64,000 nt of DNA from Klebsormidium nitens. Lineage: Eukaryota; Plantae; Klebsormidiophyceae. The position numbers and the translations under genes were made by a program. Of this stretch, positions 11,701-23,273 are shown piece after piece. The first letter of the stretch is position 1; every line of letters begins with the position of its first letter. The stretch lies in assembly GCA_000708835.1 (NCBI GenBank), contig DF237398.1, forward strand, positions 1 through 64,000, given 5' to 3'. The notes below the pieces were generated by a model, which saw only the letters and a list, made by a program, of their open reading frames with translations, was not told where the DNA came from and made no database searches.

Positions 11701-14700
11701 CCCACCACGTTTTCGCCAGGCCCGCTGCTCCTCAGAGTGGACGGTCTCAGCAGGCCTCTCCGCTTCGGGGACAGAAGCCAAAGGAGCCAAAGCCGAAGGC
11801 GTCCCCCAGCAAACCGCCTCGGACCATCATCCAGGGGGATGTGCTGGTCAGTTACCTTATATTCGGCGCCCCACCTCGTTGGTTGCCAAAGATCGCCGAA
11901 ATCTTTCCCATTCAAACCTCCGCTCAGGACCATTCTCCTCGTACACCGTGTGCGGATTCTTGCAATATCTGATCCATACCCATCTATTCCGGCTGAGGAT
12001 GGATCAAGTTGTTCCTCCTCACCCCTCCCCCCCGCAGGCTGTCGACGATTTGGAGCAGTTCGCCTTCCGCCCAACCCTGGAGGCGGTCCCGGCGCTCGAC
12101 TTGCCTTCCGTGCTGCCTGACCTGCCGATGATCGCTGACATCAGCTGGACGGGTAAGCGGGCGGCTGCTGACGTCATCGTGACTCTGCCTTTATTGAAGG
12201 GATTCCAAATCGCATCACGCCTGTTGCGGTCGTGCTGCCTGATTGAAAAGGAGCTGACTTTTTAATCTGCTTGTGTAATGGTGAAATTCATTCCTCCGAG
12301 TCTGATTTCATGTGTTTTCGGATTGTGTTTTTCAGGCGGTGCGGAGGACGAAGATGGCGCCGGGTCCCTTGCAAGCGAACGAAATGCTGGTAAGCGTGGC
12401 ATTTTAATGAGTTGTGCGCACACTTCCGGAATTGGTGCGCTTGTGGGGCGTCGGAGGCTCTAGTCGGTGCGGTTTTGAGTCAAGTCCTCGTCAGCTATAA
12501 GAATCGCAAGGTATACCTGCTCTTCACGATTCGTCACCAACAAATGGCACGGGTAAGGCTGGTAGACAATGCATACCAATATCGGGATGCGAAATTTCAA
12601 GGCACAGAGATAGGCATCGACGCTTCACGCCACGCGTCCTTGAGAATACTAATTCGACGTAGATACACATCGTTCTTCTTGTTTGGAGTGTATCTGCAAC
12701 CCTCTTTGCGTAGGATCGGTGCAAGTGAATCATGTTGGCCTGTGCTAGTATCATAGCCAGTTGAGCCTTGGATCTTGCTCCCGTCGTTCTCATCTGTTGC
12801 CGGTTTGCACAGGTTCTGAACCACCGCCCTCCTCCGCCCCCTCCCCACCTCCCTCCACAAGCGACCGCGCCACTCCTCCCAACCCTCACCCTCCTGTACA
12901 AACTCCACACTCTGACGTCAGCCCGACGTCAGCCTCGTCGTCCTCCAGTGAGCGCACCCGGCCAACCCCTTCCCCGGCGGCGCCGCCCCTGCCCAACGAC
13001 CCCCCTTCCGTTGCCGCTGCCTCTAGTCCACCCCCGGGCGCAACAACGGAAACGACAGGCCGGGCTCCAGGACTCGGTAGAGATGCCGCGTCCGGTAGTC
13101 AGAGGTCTCTGTCGCCGCCTCCCGCGCCACCCCCGCCGCCCCCGCCGCCGCCGAAAGGGGAACCCTCGCCCCCAGTTCCAGCCATCGGTAAGCGGACTGT
13201 GTAAATCTTTCGTCTCCCGTCAGGGAAGCACCAAGTATGTGCACGTACTCTCACGCCGAGGTTCCATGCTTTTTCCATGCGGACAAGTACTTCTGTTCTG
13301 GTTCTTGGGGTGGCGCTGTGAATTTAAATTTTGTAGATTTTCGAGCGTGAATATTATCGTTAAGTCACTCCTATTTTTGCTGTGCGCCTTTGGCAGCTGG
13401 CGATTCCGCCCGACAAGCGCTGCTGGCGTCCATCCGGAGCCCCGGCGTCCGGTTACGGAAGGTGAGACTGTCCCTGGCAGGCAGCCACGTCCAAGTTACT
13501 GTGAAGATCCTGATCTAATCTTACACCCTTCCGTGAGGCGCTTCCCAACACTCACGCCGTTCAAAGGGAAAGACTAGATACCGAGCCTCATGATCGTAAT
13601 CAAGCCGCTCTTTCAGTTGTGGTCAGTCACCGGCAATTACGGACGAATTGAGAAGGCCGGCAATCTTTGTACAGGTTTCCGACGACCGATCCCGTACACC
13701 CAGCCCCCGCAGGGAGATGATGGCCGCACTGAAAGTGAGCTCCTGTGTCCCTGTTTCGCGCCATATTGGTGCCGACCGAAGAACAGCACAGCCGGTTTCG
13801 GTACTAGCAGAAGTAGGCCGGTAACCTGGGGGATTAGAAACTAAAGTAGACTGCCAAGGTGTTTAAAGTGGACATGCGGCCAACGTTCGATCCCTCACGT
13901 GCACGAGTTGGCGCACGAGTCACTCTCGGCAGATATGAGGGGCTTGGGCCCCGTTCTCAATTCTCGTGACTTAGACCTCGAAGAGGTCGGTTGCATCCTA
14001 GAAGCAGCTGCTCTCTACCGCTATATCTAGCGCTGTAGTTCTAAAGAGGCTCTTAAAAGAATCGGGCATGCTTAAGTCAATTCGTGAGTCCCGGCGATCG
14101 TTGCAGGATGCACCTGGAAGTGAAGGAGCAGGCACTCGAGGGCGTAGCGCGAGCTCGCCGCCTCCGATGGTAAGCCCTCGCCAATTAGGTTCCTTGTTTC
14201 TCAGGCAGATTTCGACCATCACGCATAATAATCTGGGCAGCAGACGCAGGTCGGACTGGCCGTTACAAGTTTTAACTTCAGTCAGACTTGGATCAGAAGA
14301 CTGTTGGCACACGCAGTTTGCATTGGCGATTGCATTGATCGAGCAGTGGTGCATAGCTGACGTCAGAGCGTTTCGAAACTGCACTGAAACCACGTGGGCT
14401 GCGTGCAGGGGGATATGTTTGCGGAGATGGCCAGCCACTTGATGAGCCGGCGGCTGTCCATGAAGGGCGGCCTGCAAAGCGCTGGTAAAGAGGTGAGAGG
14501 TCGCCCGATCTTGATACGCTATGTGCAGATAAGAGGCCCGAAAGAGGAGAACGCAAGCTGGTCACAGTGCGAGACTGATCAGGGGTTGCACAGGGCGTGC
14601 GAAAGGGTTCGGAGATCCAGAGTGAACGATCTGGAGGTGTTCTGATGAGTGCCATAGCCTGGACGCAATTGAAATCGTTATGTTTGGAGCTCGTTTGACT

Positions 14701-15539
14701 TGATTGTAAAGCCGTCGAGCTGAATCTGCCAACGGGATACGCGATCGTGAACCCAGTAAAGGTCTCGCCTTCTTCGAACTTGAGTGCCCATGGAAAGTTT
14801 CTTGACCCCTTTCTGCTTCATGATAAAGCTTACTTACTTCGCTGCAGGTGGAGAGAGGTGCAACGGAGACAGCCGTTCGATTTGCGAGTCCGCCTCGCCA
14901 TGTGGAACCCTCACCGTGAGTTGTAGCGTGATCTTTGCTCGTGTGTCGTCCCTTCGACGGCAGAAAATGTAAGGTGGTTCTCTTTATCGACGGGGTGACA
15001 TGGTGGGACAACAATCTTCCACGTACATCGCTCCAGAAAAAGCAAACTCAAGATGCACGGGTGAAGTGTACAGAAGGGCGGCTAGATTTGCTCATGGAAT
15101 ACTGTTGACTGAAGTTGTTTGTCCTCCGCTGTGATCGAAGTTCACTTTGAGTACAATCAAATTCCAAACCCCAAGCATCAAACATCAAGCTTTGTGTGAA
15201 TTCTTTTGAACTTTGACGTCCCTTTGTGCAGGCAACCGCTACCTGTGAAGGTAAGGACTTGCGGAATCGCACATGGTCTGCGATGTTGGTGTGCTCGATT
15301 CCCGCCTTGTTGTCTTGGCATTGGCATTTTCATAGTTCTCGAGTGTGCATCGAAAGTGGTCGGTTCTGCACATCGACCCTCTTAAGCCTCACAAGACGAA
15401 TGCTTGAACGGCAAAATGGGATTGTGAATTTGTAGTTTCTCTTTTCTTGCAGACCCCAGCTCTTGCGGCGCTCGTCGCTCAAAGGAGTACGAGAAAGTCT
15501 ATAGAGAGCGACGAAGAAGATGATGAATGGGACGACTGA
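8765..15539 (+). CDS. WASH1: WASH complex subunit 1 (WASH1/WASHC1), Arp2/3 nucleation-promoting factor, ~570 aa, 18 exons
   Basis: Exons: 8765-8792, 9539-9645, 10036-10092, 10377-10550, 10745-10804 (least certain), 10927-11013, 11423-11505, 11720-11846, 12038-12152, 12336-12389, 12813-13187, 13397-13461, 13675-13734, 14107-14169, 14409-14492, 14848-14915, 15232-15250, 15453-15539 (1713 nt, frame-consistent). WAHD motifs: [88 protein letters not shown]. These are followed by a poly-Pro region, WH2 RQALLASIRSPGVRLRK, central helix GDMFAEMASHLMSRRLSM and acidic tail ESDEEDDEWDD*. Confidence 0.9.
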
Positions 15540-16383
15540 AAACTGCGGTTTCATACAGATCATTGCGCAAGCTACCAGTTTAGGGCTACTTGGCTCCATA
15601 ACTCTTATGTATATATGTCGAACCACATCGTAAAGTCTTCATTGCCATTGGTAGGCAACGTAGCTGATGATATACAGACTACAACGGTGGTACCAAGTGT
15701 TTGCCAATGCTTCAATGATGCAAACTGGTGACTTTGTTGAATGGACAAGGCGTGCTTGAGTAATCACATTTGCAGCGAGCACCATGCTGCTTGAACATGC
15801 TGCAGTAAATGCATAAGTTGGTTTCCTCCAGTAATGATTGCGCACATGTACATGACACGTGAGAAGGATGCAGGCGGTACCTCAAACGGCTTAATCCCAA
15901 CCGCTTTTCGATTTGCACCGGTCCCGAACCACCTCGAACCGGCTGCAATGGAGGGGGGATTTTCCCATATTGCGCCCGGCTTAAGAAAGCGGGGCAAATT
16001 GTTGAACTGGCTCCTCCCGGTAGCCCATACGACTTGGTATCTGCAAGAGCAACAGCAAGATCCCTCTGTCAGAGGCGGTGCAAAGAAAATATCAGGGAAA
16101 GCGGATCAGGTGAAGAGGGCGCCTCTGGCAGGCAGCAGCTCTGGGCTTGTCAGAGCTGAGGACATTGCTTTGCGCTCCTAGAAAGACAGGTTTTCCAGTG
16201 TACGCATCGTTGCGCTGAGGAGCTTTGATTGAAGATTTTAGATTGGTGCAGGCTGTTCCAATCCAGATCCGCCAGCTGACAGATCGAAAGCTGTTTCGGA
16301 TCAGATCTGTGTAGCTTTGGAAGCTCAGAGAGAGCCGGTGGCAGATCAGGGAAGATTTTCATCTTGAGAGAGGAGGTGCGGCC

Positions 16384-19300
16384 ATGGGGGGCGACAACAC
16401 CCCTCTGTCAAACACCCTGGCCTCGGTCCTGGACAACCTTTCGACCACTAGCTCTGGTACGCTGTTTGGTATTGTGGCTGCCACGGGCATTGTTGCTGCC
16501 ACTGGTTTTGCGCTCACATTCGGGCAGGCAGAGGTTAAAGGGAAGGCTGCAACTGAGCTTTTGAAGGGGACGTCCCTAAGGGAAGATGAGGTGAAGGAGC
16601 ACTGGGAGGAGTACGACAAGTATTTCCAGCAGAATGCAGGCGAGGGTGTGGACGAGAAGCAGAAGGCGCCAAAGCTGGTTGATACCTTCTACAACCTTGT
16701 GACAGGTAGGTAATTGTTCGTGTTTACCGTCCTGTTGATGTGCAAAGAGCGAATTAGGATGGATCTGAGTTTCAGATAGCATAGGCATACCAGTTTTGAT
16801 TGTTTTTGAGATCTGATGTGGAGAGGAGGCAATGGCTGGTGCAAGTCTGCGAGTATTACACACAATCTCTAAGATTGCTCCGCTTGGTTGGCATCAGCAT
16901 GGCAATGCTCTTCCGTCTGCCAGCTATGTTAGAAGGCGCTTGCATTTGTCATGATGCAAGTCTTAGTCAGTCAAGAAGTCTGGCGTTGATTGGTGGTTGG
17001 CCTGGCTCATTGCTTTTGGAGCAAAGACGGCCTTGTGGTCTGGAAAATTAGAAGGCAAGTGACTCTGTCTGGATAAGTAGACAGACACTGATCCTACTCA
17101 AGTCCTGCATCTGACAGATATTTACGAGTGGGGCTGGGGCCAGAGCTTCCACTTCTCTCCAGCCATTCCGGGGAAGAGCCATAAAGATGCCACTCGTGCT
17201 CATGAGACCATGATTGCTGATCTGCTGGAGCTCAAGCCAGGCCAGAAGGTGTTGGATGTTGGGTGCGGGGTGGGAGGTCCGATGCGTGCCGTTGCATCCT
17301 ACTCTCAGGCGCACGTCACAGGGATCACAATCAATGACTATCAGGTGAATACAGTGCGCCAAGGACACGCCTTCTGATGCCAAACTCTGCGGGTTGCTTT
17401 GCGTGGGTTCTGGTTGGCCTAAAATCATGTCAAGGCACTTCTGAGAGGTAGTATCTATGCAATGTGTTGCTTCTGCCCGGACCTTTTGTTCGGGCCTTAA
17501 TTGCAATCAAGATGAGCCCTGCGGTACCTTTCAATCATTTGGTTGAGCTGGGGCCCCACTTTTTCAACAGAACCCTAATGCACTTCGCTTCACTGGTGGA
17601 TGGTCTCAGATCTGAGGCACTAAACTGTCTTGCACTTAGAGGACATTGTTCCGGACCATCAATTGCGACCTAGGAATTTTTGAACAGGCGATTGCTGGCT
17701 GGTAGTCTTGCTGCTACATTCTGTATTCAAAGAGGCCCCTTTTCACCATGTTCAACAGTAGCCACAACCTTCCTGAATCTACCTTGTCACCGTTGGCAGC
17801 ATCAACCAATTGGATCGATCCTGACACGCTGGAGCACAATTGGGTGGTTGCTTGTCACCTGGTAAAATAATGCACCTTCTGGGAGGGTGTTCGATGTCAC
17901 CTGGAAACGCAGTGCACTTCAACCAGCTTTTCCGCTTTCTTGCGTTGCAAGCAGGGACCAAGGAGTATTTCTGCCGGCCAGGGGGTCTACGACCTGCCCC
18001 CTGGAGAACTGTGGCCAAGCAATCCCAGTGGCGCGGCCCCTCAAATCAAGTCCTGTGTGCATTGGCCAAGCTTTCGATTGCTAGAATCAGGCCAACCGTC
18101 AATTGCCAACTGACTGCAGGTTAAGCGGGCGCTGCACCACAACGAAAAGGCGGGGCTCAAGGACCTGTGCACAGTGGTTCAGGGGAATTTCCTGCACATG
18201 CCGTTCGAGAAGGAGAGCTTTGACGCCGCCTATTCGTGCGAGGCCACCTGCCACGCCCCAAAGCTGACCGACGTGTACAAGGAGATCTTCGGGTAAGGTG
18301 CCAGGAGTGAATCAGGCAGCTCATTGTTGTTCAAGCTCCAGCATGTGGCTGGTCACAATTTGATTATTTTGATTCCTGGAATCTGAGGTGTTGAGATTGG
18401 CTCTCATATGGTCCTAGCAACAGCGCTCGGCTTATCTTGATGTAAGCAGCAAAACTGCGATTCGGTTACCCATCACTGGCCCGCTGTACATATCATAAAC
18501 TGCTCGAGCTTGGACTCAGTGTTGAGGCATAATGTACAGGCCTCGAAGATGGTTATGGCTGTTGGTCCCAAGCATGTCACTGAGATTGGTAACCAGGCAC
18601 ACATGGCTTCTCTGAAACCACACTTGACAGTATTGTTTCTCCAGAGTCACCCGAAGTTATTGTTTGATCCATACTCAGTATAAAGTCTGTGGACTCTGTC
18701 CGGTGACCCTTTGGCCAATCAATGACCAGCTTGTCCTCGCAAAATCTGTGTCTATTACTCATCAAAGACTCCCAGCCTGACCAAGGTTTCAGTCCGCTTC
18801 CTTAACCAGACCCCCTCATGGTGGCGCTCGCTAGCTTTACAAAAGCTATCCATCTTATGTACTCCTAAAGCTCATCTGCTCCTGCAAATCTTCCCCTGTT
18901 ACACAGGATACTAAAGGTTGGAACGCTGTTCTTGTCACAGGCTTCGATGGGAGCGCTGACGTCCTTTTTCGACACCAATCTATGTTCTTTTGTTCCGATG
19001 CTGATGTCCCCGTTCCAAGTTGTGCTCCTGCAAGACGCGGAATAAGTGGGAGTATACTTCTTCAAGACTCTTTCCTCTCAATGGCGCTCTTCTTTGCTCG
19101 TGCTGACGTTATCTTTCCCCCTGCAGGATGCTCAAGCCTGGTGGCCTCTACGTCTCATACGAGTGGGTCAAGACCCCCAAGTACGACAAGCTGAACCCCG
19201 AGCACGTGCGCATCGTGGACGCGATCTGCTACGGCGACGCGCTTCCCGAGATGCGCACGTACCTGGAGATCGTGGATGCTGCGAAGGAGGTCGGCTTCGA

Positions 19301-20079
19301 GGTGGTGGAAGAGAGGGACCTTGCCCTGCCCCCCGCGGGGCCGTGGTGGAAGCGGCTCAAGATGGGGCGCCTCGCATACTACAGGTGCGGACGACAGTAG
19401 GGCCGCCGCTGGAGCTGCTGTTGCTGAGTTTTGAGCGGAAATGTTTTTGTGAAAGTCGGCCCTCGGCAGACTTCGCTGTCTAGAAGCTTCTGGGCTTGTT
19501 TTGGTATATATCTGCTGAAGACACTGCGGCTGCATAGGGGGAATGGTGTTGGATGTCTCCCTCTGGACTCCACTTCCCTTCCACATGGTTACTTGTCTGC
19601 TCGGGCTGATGGGGCTTGTATCGAAACCTGCCTGTCGTAGATTCGATTGCAAAGTCGAGACTGCTCCAGGAATTGGTAGGTACGGTCGTTGTGGCAGTCT
19701 GAATCATAAGACTGCCATTCGAAAGCAACAGTCTAGGGTCTGTCCGGTACTTGAGAGCATCCAGACAATGCGCTCTTCTCCTTTCCTTAGAAACCCTTGG
19801 ACTTTAGATTATCTTTCACGTGTGACTGAGCAGAGAGTCTCTTTCCTCTATATCTCCGGCTGACTCGACCGTACGTCGTGCAGGAACCACGTGATTGTGA
19901 GCATACTGTCCTTCCTTGGGCTGGCTCCCGCCGGCACGACCGAGGTCCATGAGATGCTCTACAAGACGGCAATCTCCCTGGTGGAGGGAGGCGAGACAGG
20001 GGTCTTCACCCCCATGCACCTATTGCTTTGCCGGAAGCCGGAGACACAAGAAACACCGGCGGTGGCTGCCTCGGCATAG
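16384..20079 (+). CDS. SMT2: SAM-dependent sterol C24-methyltransferase, SMT2-type (24-methylenesterol C-methyltransferase-like), 391 aa, 5 exons
   Basis: Exons 16384-16705, 17118-17344, 18120-18292, 19127-19384, 19884-20079 (1176 nt). Motifs [51 protein letters not shown]. SMT2-diagnostic features are an N-terminal hydrophobic anchor plus KGKAA, PWWKRLKMGRLAY.RNH and GGETGVFTPMH...CRKPE. Confidence 0.93.
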
Positions 20080-21501
20080 ATTGTTGGGATTGCATTGGCG
20101 TGATATGTCCAATGTTTATGGACGCGGCGCACCGATCTGAAAGGCTTTATGTTGGGGACGTCAACTGGTGGACTGGGGCCATTGAGAAGGCAGTAGGTCA
20201 ACTAATGTAGGGAATCGAGATAGGCCGGGTGATAGTTTGTAGGGTATTGTGTTGGCCGCATTTGATTGAGTTTCTTTTTTAGTACGATTTACCTTAAAAC
20301 GTACTTTCGGAATCCAGTGACAGGATCGCGGCAGAGGTTGGCAGGCCCCTCGTTACTTTGCAAAGAGATGTTGCCTATCATGAAGGCAGTTGGGGGCAAG
20401 AGCGGATTCTTATAGAACCATTGACTATTTGTCGAAGAACCAACTTCGCATAGAGGGGAAGAATAGGCTTATATCGCTGCCAGAGAGCACATCTAGATAT
20501 TGCATGTGCATGCGAAACAAGCAGGGTTGTCCTTCAACGATGATCAAAAACCCCTTTGTTGGGCGGGCACTGTCCAAGTAGGCCTGGCTTTCTTGCGCCA
20601 TTGAAGCGGGCTGTGCATCTTGCACAGCAGGTAAACGTCCGTGGGAATCAGCTCGGCGTTGGTGAAATAGCCTACTGCATTCCATGGTCAATCGCGACGG
20701 CGGCCTCAATTTTCACAATGCGCTTGCACAAAATCAACTCAAGATCAGAGCTTGCTTGCACGCACTCTGTTGCATGTGCATCATTACACATCGATGATGG
20801 AGATCGAACGTGCATGTGCGCGTGCGTGATACTAGTACATGCATAAGCGTACGCATGCATGTTTAATATACATCTAGAGAGCTGGTCATGCATACCAACA
20901 TTGCATGTAAGTTCAACCATGTGTATAGCTCGTGGCGCGCGTTTTCCGATGTGCACTTGGGTCAGGCTCGCTAGCTGCCACCAACGATGGCCAGATCATG
21001 GATGGCTGTCGATCATATCCAAATGATCGTCCGCAAGGAGCTAGCCAGAATTGGCGATGATGCAGCTACTGCGCGTTGCCTCAGTGAGCTTATGCAAACG
21101 ACGGAGAATGGAGCAGTCTGCATGGTCCATGCAAGCGCGTGGGTCTAGCTTTAGACGTGCATTGTATTTTGATATGTACAGGATCCTTCGGATGTTTCTG
21201 ATTACTGATTGTCCAGCTGTATAGAGGACAAGTCCCGCTTTGCATGGAGCTTACTAAAGACCCGCCCTGCAACTAATTGTCGACTTGTCTGTACAACAAG
21301 CAAAAGACTGAGCCGCGTTTAATGAATATGATGTCAAGAGTCAAGCGTGGCGACCGTAAAAGCTGAATTCCTTCCCGATAAAGGTTGCCCGGTGAGCTTC
21401 CAGCCATGCAATCCAGGGACTCTCAATTCTGGGAAGCAGAATTAACCTCAAATTCGGATAATTGCGTGCGCATGACTGAGCTATACCCAGATCGAAGCCA
21501 T

Positions 21502-22187
21502 CTAGCACGTGTGCCATACGTTTGCTGTTCGGAAAGCGACAATTCTCTCAACATACACTTCTTCGTGCGCCAGCTTATGGGGGTTCTTTTTGTCAACGTA
21601 TGTACAAGCGGTTGCTCTCAACGCAATAAGCACCCGAGGAGCGTGAAGAAGCTTGCTGCTGGCGGGAAACACGGCCACCTTCGCCTGCAAATGGACACGT
21701 CGAGTTGTAAATAGACACCTTGTTTTACTGATCAACATTATGCATCCAAGAAGAGACCCCTATCCGCACGTGTCGAAGTACTCGTGCTATACTCACTGCA
21801 AAGCTTTGATGTCACAGGTGGAAATCCATAGGTATGCATGAACGATCCAAGTCGCACAAGTGCTCGAAGTACGGAGTATTGGCTTGACATGAGATGTTGC
21901 CATGTCCAGCAGATCGGCGACACGGAACTGCTTCGGTACGGCGACCATTGAGATGCAAACAAAACATTTCGAAGATCATTTTAGCGCACAACGTCGAACG
22001 TACTGAACGCCCAGGGATGGGTACCGACCTCCCGCTCAGTCGCCCACGAAAAGAAGCAGCAGTCCATGGGGACCTTCCCCGGGGTACCTCGCCTGGCGAG
22101 CACCTTGCAGCCCAGCCGGTACTCCGTTTCTCCGTCGAAAATGGAGACAAGCTTCCCATCAATGGCCGCTACTACCTGATAAGACAT
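21502..22187 (-). CDS. Uncharacterised small protein (~113 aa, 2 exons; may have further upstream exons)
   Basis: Exon 22187(ATG; alternative acceptor at 22176)-22029 with donor GAG|GTCGGT, and exon 21684-21502 with acceptor TTTGCAG. Both junctions are phase 0. Joined peptide: MSYQVVAAIDGKLVSIFDGETEYRLG...CCFFSWATERE|AKVAVFPASSKLLHAPRVLIALRA...KLAHEEVYVERIVAF. It reads like a compact globular domain; no family name can be assigned. Confidence 0.6.
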
Positions 22188-23230
22188 CGGAATGGATCAA
22201 CGGTCAAACTTATATTCGTGGGCGGATTAGCAAATGGACGGGTCCGCCTTTTGGCAGCTCATTAGATTGTTGACCAAAACTGAGTGTTTTTCGATTTAGT
22301 GTCGAGCTAAGATGGACCTTGAAATGATGTCAACGATGACGTCTGCTTTTGTCTGGCGGGCAGGCAAAGTAGGACCATTCTGAAACGCCGTGATGAAAGA
22401 AGCCAAATTTCATGAGCACACGAGGATCCGTAGGACTCAGACGTGTATCTGACAAGGAGCTGACTCGGTGATCTGCAACTGGAGCTGATCAGATGCAATG
22501 CAGCTTTCCACTACATATGAATCCATTCGAAGGAGAAGAAATAGAAGCCAAAAGAATGCTTCTCAGAGGTGCTGTTGCAATCGAAAAGGAAAGCGACAGA
22601 TTTTGAACGTACCTTGAAACAAGTGAGCGGCTCGTGGAGGGGGATTTTTCTCCACAGTTGTGGAGGAAATACAAAGCTGCTAGCCTGGCGCCGCTCATGA
22701 GAGCTACAACTTCTTCGATTCTCAAGCTCCTTCCCATGTGATGGGATACTGGGACTTTGACGGGCCATTGTAACACAATTCGGCCACGAACTACGATCGT
22801 AGAGCTGTGGTCCAAGTCAACCGGAGTTACAACGGGCAAGCTACTGATTCAACCAGCTGCCCTTTTGGAATTATAGAGTATACCCTACAGTTGAGCTTCG
22901 TCCCATTCACGAAAGCAAAAGTGGTGCTTGAACATCTTCCCGCTTTATCCTTATACGACGAACCAACCAGATGGGGTGATGTTCCTCATTGGATTATGAG
23001 CAGGAACGCCCACTGTTATATACCGGTAAAGCCTGCGAGGAATGGGCGAGGAATCAGGTTGCAGCGCACCAGCAATTCTCACAACTTTTTGATCCGCCAA
23101 CAGCTTGCTGCTAACAGCATTGACACGATGAGTGTCCGCTTCATGCAATATCTAGTAGCTGGACTACGAGTTCATATTGAAGCCTCACCGCCCAGCTGGC
23201 CAGACTTGCTGTAACTTTGCCGTAGACCTC

Positions 23231-23273
23231 AGAGACAAGGAACTCATTGTAAGAGAGACAAGGAACTCATTGT
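23231..23273 (+). repeat. Direct duplication of a 20-mer (period 23 bp)
   Basis: AGAGACAAGGAACTCATTGT at 23231-23250 and 23254-23273. Confidence 0.9.

Noticed and set aside
15834-16181. 115-aa ORF between WASH1 and SMT2
   Set aside because: Starts at a non-ATG codon, has no motif, and lies in the probable promoter/5' UTR of SMT2.
22300-23214. ORFs 22489-22839 (-) and 22807-23214 (+) as further exons or genes
   Set aside because: No phase-consistent junction to the 22175 acceptor and no recognisable motif, although VVALMSGARLAALY weakly resembles the downstream domain.
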